64,000 bases of DNA, taken from Octopus sinensis. Lineage: Eukaryota. The notes beneath the pieces were generated by a model that was not told the origin of the DNA, ran no database searches, and worked only from the letters and a program-made list of their open reading frames with translations. This document shows positions 1 to 12,899 of the stretch, piece after piece. The position numbers and the translations under genes are program-made. The stretch lies in the NCBI RefSeq assembly GCF_006345805.1, contig NC_043004.1, positions 104,098,001 to 104,162,000 of the forward strand, written 5' to 3'. Each line of letters opens with the position of its first letter. Position 1 is the first letter of the stretch.

Positions 1-200
<200 letters not shown>

Positions 201-1735
201 TGTTTCTTTATTAGCCACATAGGGCTGCACACAGATAGAACAAATTACAAGGTAGAGCTTTTCTTTTGGGGGTAAAAAAAAAAAAAAAAGCAGAGTGCTG
301 GTTTTCGATCAAAAGGGATCGTAAAAGGAAAGAAAAAGGACAAAAAAAGGGAGGGGTTAAAAAGGGGGGGGGGGAGAAGAAAAAAAAGGAATAATAGGGA
401 TCGTTATCACAGAAATGTCAATATGAAGTGTAAAGGGGAGGACAGGTGAGGTTTACCCGTGGAAAGAAAAGCCTACGGAAAAGACCACGGTAACCTCGGT
501 CAATGAAGTCACATGTTATATTTCTTTTTTTTTTTTTTTGCAAATAAGCAACTCTCTGTATTAATTTTTATGGTTCATTGAATCATAGTCAAGGTGGCTT
601 CGTCATTCATACGTGCCATCCTTGCTACATTCACCCATCTTTTTTTAAAACATTCACTAGACAAAACTTGCCTCTCTACTCTCACTTTCCTCTTCAAGTG
701 ATACTTGAAGAAGTTGATGAGAGATTGACCAGAGAGGAAAGTGTTTGTCTCTAATCCTTTCAGGCGCGTCCACCAGATACATTCTTTCGCCATAGCCACA
801 AGTATGATAAAAATAGCTCTTCCTTCCCGTTTGAAGGAAGGAGGCGTGACGATATTAGCGATAGACTCGGCTGATAAACCGACACGTCCCACACGTGACA
901 GCAGTCGTTCGACATAAGCCCACAGGTCGGAAATTGCTGGACACTGCACGATTGCGTGCAGAGCGGTTTCGTCGCGCTGCCCGCATCTCGGGCAGGTCGG
1001 CCCCGTGTTTCTCGAGCCATGCCTATAGAGCTTATCCCGAACGGGTAGCGCTTCTCGGTAGCACCGCCAGGCCAGGGATCTCTGGAAGTTGTCCATAGGT
1101 CCCGGGCCGAAAGTCGTTTGAAACAGGCGGGTCAGGTATTCCTCGTCGACGCCCAGGTTTGCCCCGAGCTCGTCGTCGTACCTCCCCTCCACTAATCCCC
1201 TATAGAATGCTTTGGTTGTGTTGAAGTCACTCAAGGTCGACCCGGGACGGCAGAGTTGCTTGAGAGCAACGCGACACTCGCGGTGCCATTCGCTCTTCCT
1301 CGGCCTCTTTTTGATCCACGACTGTAGTTCGGTCATGGAGACAAGTTGCGGGAATGCGTGCCTCACAAACGGCGACCACACCTGTTCACCGTCGTCTACA
1401 GGTGTGGTCGCCGTTTGTGAGGCACGCATTCCGCAACTTGTCTCCATGACCGAACTACAGTCGTGGATCAAAAAGAGGCCGAGGAAGGGCGAATGGCACC
1501 GCGAGTGTCGCGTTGCTCTCAAGCAACTCTGCCGTCCGGGTCGACCTTGAGTGACTTCAACACAACCAAAGCATTCTATAGGGGATTAGTGGAGGGGAGG
1601 TACGACGACGAGCTCGGGGCAAACCTGGGCGTAGACGAGGAATACCTGACCCGCCTGTTTCAAACGACTTTCGGCCCGGGACCTATGGACAACTTCCAGA
1701 GATCCCTGGCCTGGCGGTGCTACCGAGAAGCGCTA
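201..1735 (-). mobile_element. 5'-truncated Tx1/L1-clade LINE with fold-back duplicated 5' end, inserted in (GATA)n
   Basis: ORF C-terminus has zf-RVT-type motif CPRCGQRDETALHAIVQC and LAWRCYREALP; 3' UTR ends AATAAAGAAACA then (TATC)n; (TAGA)n resumes at 1734. Confidence 0.85.
575..1397 (-). pseudogene. C-terminal fragment of LINE ORF2 (post-RT and zinc-binding region)
   Basis: Open frame to TGA at 575-577; the track ORF portion beyond about 1400 is the inverted copy. Confidence 0.8.
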
Positions 1736-1789
1736 GATAGATAGATAGATAATGTACCTACCTATCTATCTACCGGTAGCGGATATCGA

Positions 1790-1829
1790 TTGTTGATAAG
1801 GCGCAAAACGCCGAAATCATGAGATACAA
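1790..1829 (+). ncRNA. degenerate hammerhead ribozyme motif
   Basis: TTG-TTGATAA-GGCG caaaa CGCC-GAAATC atga GATA-CAA; two core substitutions. Confidence 0.4.
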
Positions 1830-2155
1830 CAGTACGTCATCGGTGTTGAGCATTTCTCGTCGGCTACCGACACCCCTGAGCTTTTATATGCTAGACACCT
1901 ATAAGAGAGACATTCTCAGGTCGAATACTGCAGTATAACAACTCGCTTCTATCATACATCCACATTAAGTAGGACATAAAGTTTACCATTCGGTAATAAT
2001 ATTACCTCCATCAACAATACGTTATATATATGCATGTATATAAATATAAATATATATATATATATAAGATTAAAAATAAACAACAAAAACTAAGGCAGGG
2101 GGCAAAACAACAAACAGGGTGAATTAGTTTGACGCTCAGGAAAAATGGAAGAAGT

Positions 2156-2191
2156 CTTTAACGTTTCGAGCCTACGCCCTTTTGCAGAAAG
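2156..2191 (-). ncRNA. degenerate minimal hammerhead in a PLE terminal-repeat remnant
   Basis: CTTT-CTGCAAA-A-GGGC gtag GCTC-GAAAC-GTT-AAAG; same family as 25617 and 42434. Confidence 0.5.
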
Positions 2192-2306
2192 GAATAAGGT
2201 GAGAAAACAGATCGAGAGAAAACAGATGGAGAGAGAAAAAGTGGAGAGAGAAAAAGTGGAGAGAAAGAAAACGGGCCTGAATTAACGGCGCTACAGACAG
2301 ACAGAC

Positions 2307-2389
<83 letters not shown>

Positions 2390-3649
2390 AAAAGTGTATG
2401 ATATGATTGTGTGTGTGTGTGTGTGTGCGTTTGTGGTTTTTGGCGGAACAAACAGAAGAAACAGAGCTTAGTACATAGGATTGTATATATGCATTTTATT
2501 CGGTTGTGAAGTTACGTACGCAACTAAGACCGCAAGCTTCGTGCGTTTCATTGATCAAGTGCAATGCATGAACTCCATAAATCGCTTATGTAACTTTGCA
2601 ACAGAGTAGACGTACGAGCGTGTGTCTACTTGTGTGTGAGTGTGTGTCTGTGTGGTGTGTGTGTGTGTGTGTGTGTGTGTAAAACGATACTTAGGGCTCG
2701 GAATTTAAATTTATTGAAAATATAAAAATTACATATCAAGATCCAAAAAATATTTTTATCTCCATTTCCTATCAATTCAGAGGAATTTATTCATGCGTGA
2801 CACTTCAACCTCCTTTATTCTATGCATTTTTAAACACCATTTCAGATTAATTTCACACACATGAAAGAGACGGATAGTTCAAAGACCGTTACGAATATAC
2901 ATGATACATAATAATGGATTCTTGGCTTAAGCGCAGCTAAATATCTTCAAAAGGAAATTCAGATTGAGATGAATATTTGAGCAAATTTTTAGAAATTTCA
3001 ATAAATAAATAAATTAAATTAAATTAAAATTGGCATGATCCTCTGCAGATCTCTGGTGATTGGTGGGAGGGTGAGATGTTAAACGGGGCGAAAACTGAAA
3101 TAAAATACAAACAGCGCGTGTATTTTATTGACAGTATGACCATCGCAAAATTTAACTAGAGACACACACACGCACGCACACACACGCGCGCTCACACATT
3201 CACTCACATAACTATAGTTGGTGAATCCATTTGAAATGGAAGAAACCACAACACTGATGAAGTAAATTATTACCAAAGGAATTCCAGCCGTGACCATCCC
3301 GTCTTATTAGAGGTAAATAGAACTACATTTTCAAGTGCGTGTTTTTCATTTCATTAAAAGTTAAGACGTGGTTCGTGAGGGATTTAGATACTATTTCTAG
3401 CCTGCATAACGACCACGTAGAGACCTCCTTCCTGGTTTGTTGCTGTTCTATCCATTTTCCTCGCATACAACCTTGTTGTATGCGGAGTAATAACTTACGT
3501 GGTTTGTAGTCCATTTGGCGTCTATTTCTAGCGTGCAGGCGTTGTCACTTCAGCGCCCTTTATTAGAATTATATTTTTTATAATTACACTTAAATATAAA
3601 TTAACCGATATGGTCCTATTGGTATGCTGGCAACCGATAAATCATTAAA

Positions 3650-4020
3650 TAAGGACTTTATCTTAATTATGTATGTGTTGGGAGGCAGTTGCCGGCAACC
3701 GTGGAGAATGGCGACGTACAGTAAAAGAGGGAATACAAAAGAGTGACAGAGAGAGAGAGAGAGGAGAAATGGAAAGAAAGGAAGAGACGTAAACAAGAGA
3801 CTATGGCACTACAACCAGCCAGGAACAGTCTTCGCTACATTTGCGGTACCTGCCAGAAGGAGTGTTTGTCCAGGATAGGACTACAAAGCCACAGCAGGAA
3901 ATGTATCAGGACACGAAATGTAAAAGCCGGACTAGACTACAAAAAAAAAAACAAAAAAAAACGAAAAAACAAAAAACATGCGCAACTCCATTGTCTCCCG
4001 AGACAGAAAGGATGCCAATA
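3650..4020 (+). mobile_element. RTE-clade LINE 3' fragment
   Basis: YICGTCQKECLSRIGLQSHSRKC C-terminal zinc motif; tail CCATTGTCTCCCGAGACAGAAAGGATGCC. Confidence 0.75.
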
Positions 4021-4230
4021 CAAATATATATATATATATATATATACGGCAATAAGAAAATGGAGGGGATCAAGAGGTGGTATTCTTTAACATTTAGACA
4101 TTATAAAATGTCTATTCTTTTTAATCAATTATAACAATATACATACATGTATAACATATTACGCTTTACATATATTAAAATACCAGTAATTATTAAAATG
4201 TATAACGTAGAACATAGAAAGTAGAATAGT

Positions 4231-4354
4231 TTCTTACAGCTGTTTCAGCCAAGAGGTCACAGTACCCCACTTTACCTCCATCTCTTCGGTGAACTGAAGT
4301 ATTTGGTAGATAAGATTAAGGTACTTGGGTGTGCCTCTGGGATTCGTCAGAGAG
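4231..4354 (-). ncRNA. type-I hammerhead ribozyme with extended stem II
   Basis: CTCT-CTGACGA-long stem II (AGAGG/CCTCT, CAC/GTG, AGTACC/GGTACT)-GAAAC AGCT GTA-AGAA; palindromic stem III ACAGCTGT. Confidence 0.65.
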
Positions 4355-4655
4355 TTTAGAAAGTTCATAAGGTTAAGTTATAAATATGAATACATACATA
4401 TATACACACTTTTACATATACATACATATGCATAAATATACATAAATACATATCTATACATTTATATATATATATGTATACGCATACAAAGGAATCAAGT
4501 ATTATTATTATTATTTGGTGTGTCATATTATTCGTATTAGATAAAGTACAAACAGAGGAAAGGGAAAATTATCAAAAGAGAAATAATGGCGGAATTTGAA
4601 TAATCAATCTTATGATTATTGTAGTTTTGAAGGAATGAAACGGTATATAAATGAG

Positions 4656-4715
<60 letters not shown>

Positions 4716-4716
<1 letters not shown>

Positions 4717-5112
4717 CTCTCTTACTCTTTACTATTTTACTTGTTTCGGTCATTTGACTGTGGCCATGCTGGAGCACCACCTTTAGTCGAGCAAATCGAC
4801 CCCGGACTTATTCTTTGTAAGCCCAGTACTTATTCTATCGGTCTCTTTTGCCGAACCGCTAAGTGACGGGGACGTAAACACACCAGCATCGGTTGTCAAG
4901 CAATGTTAGGGGGACAAACACAGAACACCACACACACACTACATATATATATATACATATATACGACAGGCTTCTTTCAGTTTCCGTCTCTACAAATCCA
5001 CTCACAAGGCATTGGTCGGCCTGGGGCTATAGCAGAAGACACTTGCCCAAGATGCCACGCAGTGGGACTGAACCCGGAACCATGTGGTTGGTTAGCAAGC
5101 TACTTACCACAC
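4716..5112 (-). mobile_element. tRNA-derived SINE family A (CORE-like, internal microsatellite)
   Basis: Head ...GTGTGGTAAG...GGTTCAGTCCC, CTTGGGCAAGTGTC core, tail GGTGCTCCAGCATGGCCACAGTCAAATGAC; many copies in window. Confidence 0.9.
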
Positions 5113-5459
5113 ATTACCGACTATATATGCTTAACGTACATGTTTTGTATATTTGCCGGCAGGCTGCGCTGTAGCGTGGTGGAGAATACTCTCTCAAAGT
5201 GCAAGGTGTTTAAATACCTGAAAGTCATGAACAGGCACGATAATTTAATATATTTCTATTTGAATTCTGTCTTTTGAAATTCGAAATTACAATTCGAAAG
5301 AGCTAAATAATTGTGAGGCAAACATTTTCCGCTTTGCAAAATGTCTTCCATATTTTCACTTTTCTTAACGCAGTCCAGCTCTTTCAAAATAGCGCGATAT
5401 GATCTCTTATTTTGGCTCTTCTGGGATTCTGAGGCTCTTTAAGGCTACCGCTGCTCACA

Positions 5460-5495
5460 CTACTACTACTGTTGCTGCTGCTACTGCTACTACTG

Positions 5496-5535
<40 letters not shown>

Positions 5536-5760
5536 CACTACTACAACCACCACCACCATCACTACCACTACCACCACCACTACTATTATAACAACTATTA
5601 CCACCACCACTACACCACTACCACCGCAACCACCGCCACCACCACCACCACCACCACCACCACCATCACTACTACTACTACTACTACTTCTACTACTACT
5701 GCCGTTGCTACTGCTGCTTCTGCTGCTGCTGTTTGTTGCTACTGCTGCTCTTGCTGTTGT
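5460..5760. repeat. compound trinucleotide microsatellite (ACT/ACC/GCT)
   Basis: Direct reading; source of the poly-T/P/L ORFs. Confidence 0.95.
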
Positions 5761-6462
5761 CACGGCAGCCATTCTTGCTGTTAACTATCTCCCATTGGAT
5801 TTCATTGACCCATAACCAAGAATGGAAGCGAGCGTGAGGTTGTGTAGGAGAGAAGGCGATGGCATTTGTTGTAGTGGGGGGGGGGTAGGGCGGCATCATG
5901 AAAATTGCATTCCTTGTGGTAGGTCGAAAACTGCAATATCAATCATCACCATCATCATCACTAGCATCATCATCACCACACCACCATCATCATCACAATC
6001 ATCATCGCCATAACCGTCACCATCTTCTTCATTATCTCTTTCATCGTTTTTCTTTTTGTTTTTGTTTGTTTTTTTGTTTTTGTTTTTTTTTGTTTTTTTT
6101 TATCCTACTCTTTCGAAGCAATTGATGCGAATGTCGCAACGAAGGGTAGTTTAGAAACTGTGCTGGCAAGCAGTAGTGATAGCAACAGCAAGAGCAACCA
6201 TCACCACCTCCTCCTTCTCCATCTGGAGATTATCATCATCATCATCATCATCATCATCGTCATCAACAATAACAACAATAGCAACAACAACAATACATCA
6301 GCAGTTATAACAACAAGTCTAGTATAGCAAAAAAAAAATAAAGTTCCCAGCAGCAAGTACCACAGCATCAACAACAGAAAAGCCAATAAAATAAACAATG
6401 AAAACAACAACAACAACAATATCAACAGAAAGAAAAGTCAAAGCAAGAACAACAACAGTGAT

Positions 6463-6682
6463 ATCCTTTCTACTATAGGCACAAGGCCTGAAATTTCGAG
6501 GCAATGGGTAAATCGATGATATCAACTCCAGTGCTCAACTGGTATTTAATTTATCGATCTCGAAAGGATGAAAGGCAAAGTCGACAATCGGCAGAATTTG
6601 AACTCAGAACGTTAAAGAAGGATGAAATACTGCTAAGCATTTTGTCCGGTGTGCTGACCATTCTGCTACCTCACCGCCTTAA
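6463..6682 (-). mobile_element. tRNA-derived SINE family B
   Basis: Head AAGGCGGTGAG..., GAGTTCAAATTC B-box, central GCCTTTCATCCTTTCG. Confidence 0.85.
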
Positions 6683-6711
6683 ACAACAACAGTTATATCA
6701 ACAAGAACAAT

Positions 6712-6925
6712 AAAGGCAGCGAGCTGGCAGAATGGTTAGCGCGCCGAGAAAAATGCTTGGAAGCATTTCGTCCGTCTTTACGTTCAGAGTTCAAATTCCG
6801 CCGAGAGAACTTTGCTTTTCAGCCTTTCGGGTTGGGTAAAGCACCAGTTAAACACTGGGGTCGATGTAATCGACTAAACCGTTTTCTTGAAAGTGCTGGC
6901 CTTGTATCAAAATTTGAAGCTATTA
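6712..6925 (+). mobile_element. SINE family B, divergent from the preceding copy
   Basis: AAGGCAGCGAGCTGGCAGAA...GAGTTCAAATTCCGCCGAG. Confidence 0.85.
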
Positions 6926-7677
6926 TCAACAAAAACAAAAATCACCACAAAAAAAAGGTGTTTTTGATCTAAGCTCAAGGACAACAATTTTTGCGGTGCA
7001 TTCGTCGTTTGTTACGTTATTTTATTTACCCATGCTTTTTTATTCTTCTTTCAGCACTATTTTTTTTCCAGTCTTTGTTTAATTCTTTTCTGGAATCCCA
7101 CTCAGTGCATTCTTTAGCATTTCTAGTTGTTTTTGAGCAAGTAATCTATCTTATACCGTTTTTGCTTTTCAAGATTTAATGGTCTTTTTTTTTTTTTTTT
7201 TTTTTGTCTATAGAACTCTTTGGAGAGAATATTCTCGCAACACATGCTGACTAATGTGACAAGATATTTAAGTTATAAAATTGAATAACAAATCATATTT
7301 TTGAGTTATGAAGTCTGTCTTTTATGCTTTTTAATATGTAATAGTACTGAGGAATATTTTCTGTCGGAATCGGTAAATTGCCTGCTGTGAAGCGATCACT
7401 GCTCTGGTACAATGGACGGGAAATGTGCAGCCAGCGGAATGATATATTTAGGAGATACTGAGGGATCGTAAGTTACCACAGGGTTTAATATAATTAATTC
7501 AGCAATAATTCCATCTTCACAAAAAGAGAACCGATTTTCTACGTTCAATATAATTTCTACGTTCAATATATTTTTCAAATAATCTTCTTTAAATCTTCTG
7601 AAACGAGTTCCTCCATAAAAATGGTCAGAAATAAAAGGTGCTGCTGCATTTCTCCCAATATATTTGTAGTTACTGCA

Positions 7678-7885
7678 GCAGTGAGCTGGCAGAAACGTTA
7701 GCACGCCGTGTAAAATGCTTTGCAGCGTTTCGTCCCTCTCTACATTCTGAATTCAAAATCCACTGACGTTGGCTTTACCTTACATCTTTTCTGGGTCGAC
7801 AAAGTAAGCACCAGTCAGGCAGAGGGTTGATGTAATCGACTACTCACTCCACCGAAGTTGCTAGCCTAGTGCCAAAATTTGAAAC
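7678..7885 (+). mobile_element. SINE family B nested in the hAT remnant
   Basis: GAGCTGGCAGAAACGTTAGCACGCC head. Confidence 0.8.
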
Positions 7886-8211
7886 AGATATTTTCGTCGT
7901 TACTTCAATTGCTGAGGTAGATTTCTGACAGTTTAAAATGTTCTTCAGTAATTCATTTTTAATAAGAAGCTCGACAGAATCTTTTTTCCTGATGATAACA
8001 TTAAACAGAAAGGACGTAAAATGAAATGATCGGATTTGAATTCCACATTCGTTAAATTAACCATCTATAAGCGTTAAATTGACGAGAGAGAGTTCCACCT
8101 GGGTTGGACATCTGGTTGGTAGATGGCGTCACTTTAAATGGAAGCAATACAATCCTCAAAGTGAAATGAACAGAAAATTAACCATCTATATTCGTTAAAT
8201 TAACCATCTAT

Positions 8212-8570
8212 AGAGTGGCTGTGTGGTAAGAAACTTGCTTCCTAACCACATGGTTCCGGGTTCACTTTGGGCAAGTGTCTTCTACGATAGCCTCGGGCCG
8301 ACCAAAGCCTTGTGAGTGAGTTTGGTAGAAGGAAATCAATAGAAGGCCGTCGTATATATATGTAGATATATGTATATATATATCTATGTGTGTGTATCTG
8401 TGTTTGTCACTGCATCACCACTTGACAACCGGTGTTGGTGTCTTTACGTCCCCATAACTTAGCAGAATAAGTACCAGGCTTTAAAAAATTTTATTCATTC
8501 GAATAAAAATTCAAGGCAGTGCCCCAGCATGGCCGCAGTCTAATGACTAAAACAGATAAAGGAAAAGATA
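8212..8570 (+). mobile_element. SINE family A nested in the hAT remnant
   Basis: GAGTGGCTGTGTGGTAAG...CCAGCATGGCCGCAGTC. Confidence 0.85.
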
Positions 8571-9739
8571 AAATATATGGTGTAAACTGAAAGAAAAGCA
8601 GCATGTACTTGATTCCAGTATTGTTTACAAATTTACCTGGCACCATCAACTATGTCAGCTTTGACTCACTTCTGAAACAAAGAAATACAGCATAAAGTCG
8701 TTCCGGTAACAGTGAAATAACCTTTTTCTCACGTGGAAGTCATCTTGTTTATGAAGATTTAGGTATATTGTGGCAAGCTGTAGCATTAGTTTCCTCAAGT
8801 GTGAACTCTCGTTGTTTCTCGCTGCAAGAAAAGTAAGATATTAAAACTTTGATGAAAGCAATACATTAGAAGCATGGCTAGAACAAAGAATAAAGGAATG
8901 ACAGACGGATCCTATAATAAAAAGAGAAGGCTTGTTGCCAAATATCAATAACTTCAGAAATCCACTTTTGGTGTCCATCACAGAAGAACAATTATCGCTT
9001 ACGAATCCAATATTTTCTGGAGAAATATTTCTTCCACGCCAAGTAGATTTGACAGCATTGTATTTATTGTAAAGACCAATAGCTTTCCACTTTCAACAGC
9101 TAAACTATCTAACAAAAAGTCTATAACATCGTGCGTATTCAGATCAAAGTATTTCACAAGCATAACCAAAATTTGAATAGCTCAAATGTTTGTACTTTTA
9201 TCAATTATGACAGAAAATCTTTGTAACTTGACATATTATCTCTTATCACCAATTTTTTTTTTCTCATGAAAGGTTATTCCATCCGAAATGACATATGAAA
9301 GCTTTGTTCTTTTCAATGATTATTTTTCGGCGAACGTACTGCCGTGAATGCTCTTTTACATATCATCAGAAGACGATCAACATTTGCAAGAGGAATGTTC
9401 TGATATGTTCAACAAAAGCTAGCAAGAAGCTAGCAGTTTGCTTTTTTGACTTTGCGTTTACTCATCGTTGACTACACTTTCGCCATGAAGTAGAAAATAT
9501 CAAACTAAACAAAAACAAAGGGGAAAAAAAATTTTAAAAAACGATCTCGTAAATTAATGCAGCATTCTTTTTATAACTTACAGCAAAGTATGAGGAGAAA
9601 ATTAAAATAAAAGCAGTTGGGCAAAAAGAGACCGATAGAACATCAAACTAGGGTCTATTTGATCGACTTAACCCAAGATGGCCGCATTCTGATTACAGAA
9701 ACAAATGAGAGATAAAAGATAACTTAGATACAAAGCTAG

Positions 9740-10105
9740 TAATTTTGAGAGGGAAGACTAGTCGATAGTGTTGACCACGGCTGGATTTGAACTCATAATG
9801 TAAAGAGCCGTGGTGAAATACCGCAAAGCATTTGTCCACAGCTTTAAATAATCGATTCTGCATGTCCACTGCTCGCAAATAATAATTATGATTTCGAATT
9901 TTGTTACAAAGCCAGCAATTTTGGGGGAAGAAGACTACTCAATACCGTTGACCCTAGTATATGGCTGATACTTTATTTTATCGATTGGCGATAAGATGGA
10001 AGGCTACGTTGACCACCGTTGGATTTCAGCTGATACCGTAAAGAGCCATGGCGAAATACGGCAAGGCAATTTATCCACCCCACGATTTTTCCAGTTCACT
10101 GCCCA
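9740..10105 (-). mobile_element. two old tandem SINE family B copies
   Basis: Diverged GAAATACCGCAAAGCATTT and ACTTTATTTTATCGA motifs. Confidence 0.6.
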
Positions 10106-10504
10106 CAAATAATAACAAAAATGTATGTAACCCAACTCACTGAAATGATATGTTTTGTGTATTTCAGTAACACTTTAGAGTCAAGGTCACGTGGTTTTTC
10201 TTTCTTTTTGTACCACTCCTGATTTAGAAGTTAAAAAATAACACATAAACATACACGAATATATATAAATAAGTAAAATAAAAAGAAGAGAAAATAGACG
10301 GATTTGGTAAAAAAAACTTATAAAAAATAACAACATAAGAAATACGTTTTTTATCCTATTTTCAAACATTTTTTGTTTTTGCTCTGCCTTTCGTTTGCTT
10401 TTTTGTTTGCCGGTTTGTACCTGTTTTGCTTATATGGTTTGTTTTTGTTTATTTGCCACTTTCTTTCGGGTAAACTTCCTTCATTTCTGCTAAAACAAAA
10501 ACAA

Positions 10505-10589
10505 ACATACAATATATATATATATATACATACATACATATATTATATATATATGTGTGTATGTATGCAGGTATATGCATATGTATATA

Positions 10590-10620
<31 letters not shown>

Positions 10621-10694
10621 CATACACACATGTATATGTATATGTTTATATGTATGCATATATATCTATATATCTATATATGTGTGTGGGAGTG

Positions 10695-10770
<76 letters not shown>

Positions 10771-11160
10771 GAGTACAAAAAGATGTGTTTGTATATACTT
10801 ATACAATATACACATACTTATATATACAAATATACATGCATGGTTATATGTATGTTCTATATAAATAAATAAATGCATAAATATTTTCACATATATATAC
10901 GTATGTATGAATGGGTGCATGAATGTGTTCATATACCTAAATATATGTATGTATGTATGTACGTATGTATGTATGTATGTATGTATGCATGTATGTATGT
11001 ATGTATGAATGTATGTATGTATGTATGTATGTATGTATGTAGTATGTATGTATGTATGTAGTATGTATGTATGTATGTATGTATGTATGTATGTATGTAT
11101 GTATGCATGCATGTATGTATGTATGTATGTATGTATGTATGTATGTATGTATGTATGTAT
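10505..11160. repeat. (TA)n/(GA)n/(TATG)n microsatellite block
   Basis: Direct reading. Confidence 0.95.
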
Positions 11161-12443
11161 ATTGGCACGAGCCTTGCATCTTTATTCATTCAGTTCTTGT
11201 AATTAATTTTACCCCATCTCTCCCAGCCATAATCCTCACAGAATATCTAACACATCTGGTTTTGGAATTCTTCAGACAATTATTGGCTTTTGATTGTTTT
11301 ATCTCTTTGCAAAGATTGTTCCAGAAAAGAAGAGTGTCTTTGATGTTGGAACTTTGCCAGATTCCCTGAAAGGAAACTTATATTTGCCATGTGTGTGCCA
11401 TCATTAACATATTCTCACAGACATTTCGCTTCTCACATAGTCCCACTATCTCTTGCATGCTTCCTTCTCTCGATGTTTTGAAATTGGAATGGCCATCCCA
11501 CTTTCTCTCTCTCTCTCTCTCTCTTTCCATCTCTCTCTCTTTCTCTCTCTCTTTCTCTTGTACTTCCCTCTCAGAGCGGTCTTACAAATTCAACATGAAG
11601 GAACCATACAGAACTTCATCAGATTATGCCATCAATCATTCTTTATGTTTAATTTCTAACACCTTTCATAGTTTTAACTATTTCACTCGTATTATTTATT
11701 TATTCTAAATTGTATTAACATGTGGTGTGGTGGGGTGGGTGGGGTGATTTAGTACAGACGTGCAACGTAAGTCCTCAGTGAACGAAATTTTTATTTCTGC
11801 TTTTATTCACCGTTTTAGCTATTTTATTCCACTCATTTATATCCACGAATGATATTCAGAAAGGTATGAATGTCACACGTCACATTTTCTTTAACCGTAA
11901 ACGTCTTAAATTTCATGACTACTCGAAGAAAACAGAAGACAACCACAATTATGAATCATTTCAGAGAGACTCTAAACCAGTAACTAGAGCAAGCAACATA
12001 AACATATTCGCCGTTGTGTATAAGACAGCGTGATTAGGACACAATAGTTTCATATTCAGACACAAGGCCAGGAATAAAGCGGTAACATCGATCAGGAAAG
12101 TACGAAAGGCAAAGTCAATCTCGGCAGAATTAGAACGTAAAGAGTCGGAAGAAATGTCGCTGAGAATTTTGTCCGATGTGCTGACAATACTACCAGGTCC
12201 CTGCCCTGATGATGATGATAATGATTTTTTTTCTACTATAGATACAAGGCCTGAAATTTTGCGGGTGAGAGGAAGGGAATAAGTCAATTACTTCAACTTT
12301 TGTGCTCAGTTATTGGCGAAGACGAATGTCTGAAAGCCATTTTGAAAATTCTGTTTTGATTTTTTAAAAAAACTGTCTCTCTTTCAAACTTTTTCCCAGT
12401 ATCTATCTATCTATCTCTCTCTATATATATATATGTATATATA

Positions 12444-12538
<95 letters not shown>

Positions 12539-12569
12539 ATATACATACATACATACATACATACATACA

Positions 12570-12601
<32 letters not shown>

Positions 12602-12602
12602 C

Positions 12603-12634
<32 letters not shown>

Positions 12635-12645
12635 ATATATATACG

Positions 12646-12702
<57 letters not shown>

Positions 12703-12899
12703 TAAGTTAATACAAAAAAAATTAACCTAGTGAGTATATCTGAAAGTAAACTCATGGTATCCATTTGCACATCACGAAATAATACTTAAAGGACATAACC
12801 ATTATACCAGCAGTGTATATACTATACTTCCTTAATTATCTCCTATTTTGTTAACATTAAATTAATTAAACATCAAAGAATATACACAGGACCTGATTA

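Larger units (their letters stand above)
7220..9510 (-). pseudogene. decayed hAT transposase interrupted by two SINEs
   Basis: Manual translation gives colinear motifs: IPLANVDRL, FSVIIDKSTNI (cf. FSIIIDESTD), GFVSDNCSSVM...LFIIGSVCHSF (cf. SDGA...CxxH), SH*SACVARIFS (dimerisation domain). Confidence 0.75.

Noticed and set aside
1212-1744. Plus-strand ORFs 1212-1550 and 1463-1744, and the N-terminus of ORF 575-1522
   Set aside because: Mirror products of the palindrome, not separate genes
5399-6425. Poly-T/P/L/H ORFs resembling low-complexity proteins
   Set aside because: Translations of triplet microsatellites with no unique coding context
10351-11369. YIHT/MYVC-repeat ORFs (also 28.4, 31-32.7, 42.5 and 54.7-58 kb)
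   Set aside because: Di- and tetranucleotide repeats lacking stop codons
11160-11480. Possible CR1/L2 3' remnant on the minus strand
   Set aside because: Only a faint WNNL-like motif; too weak to call
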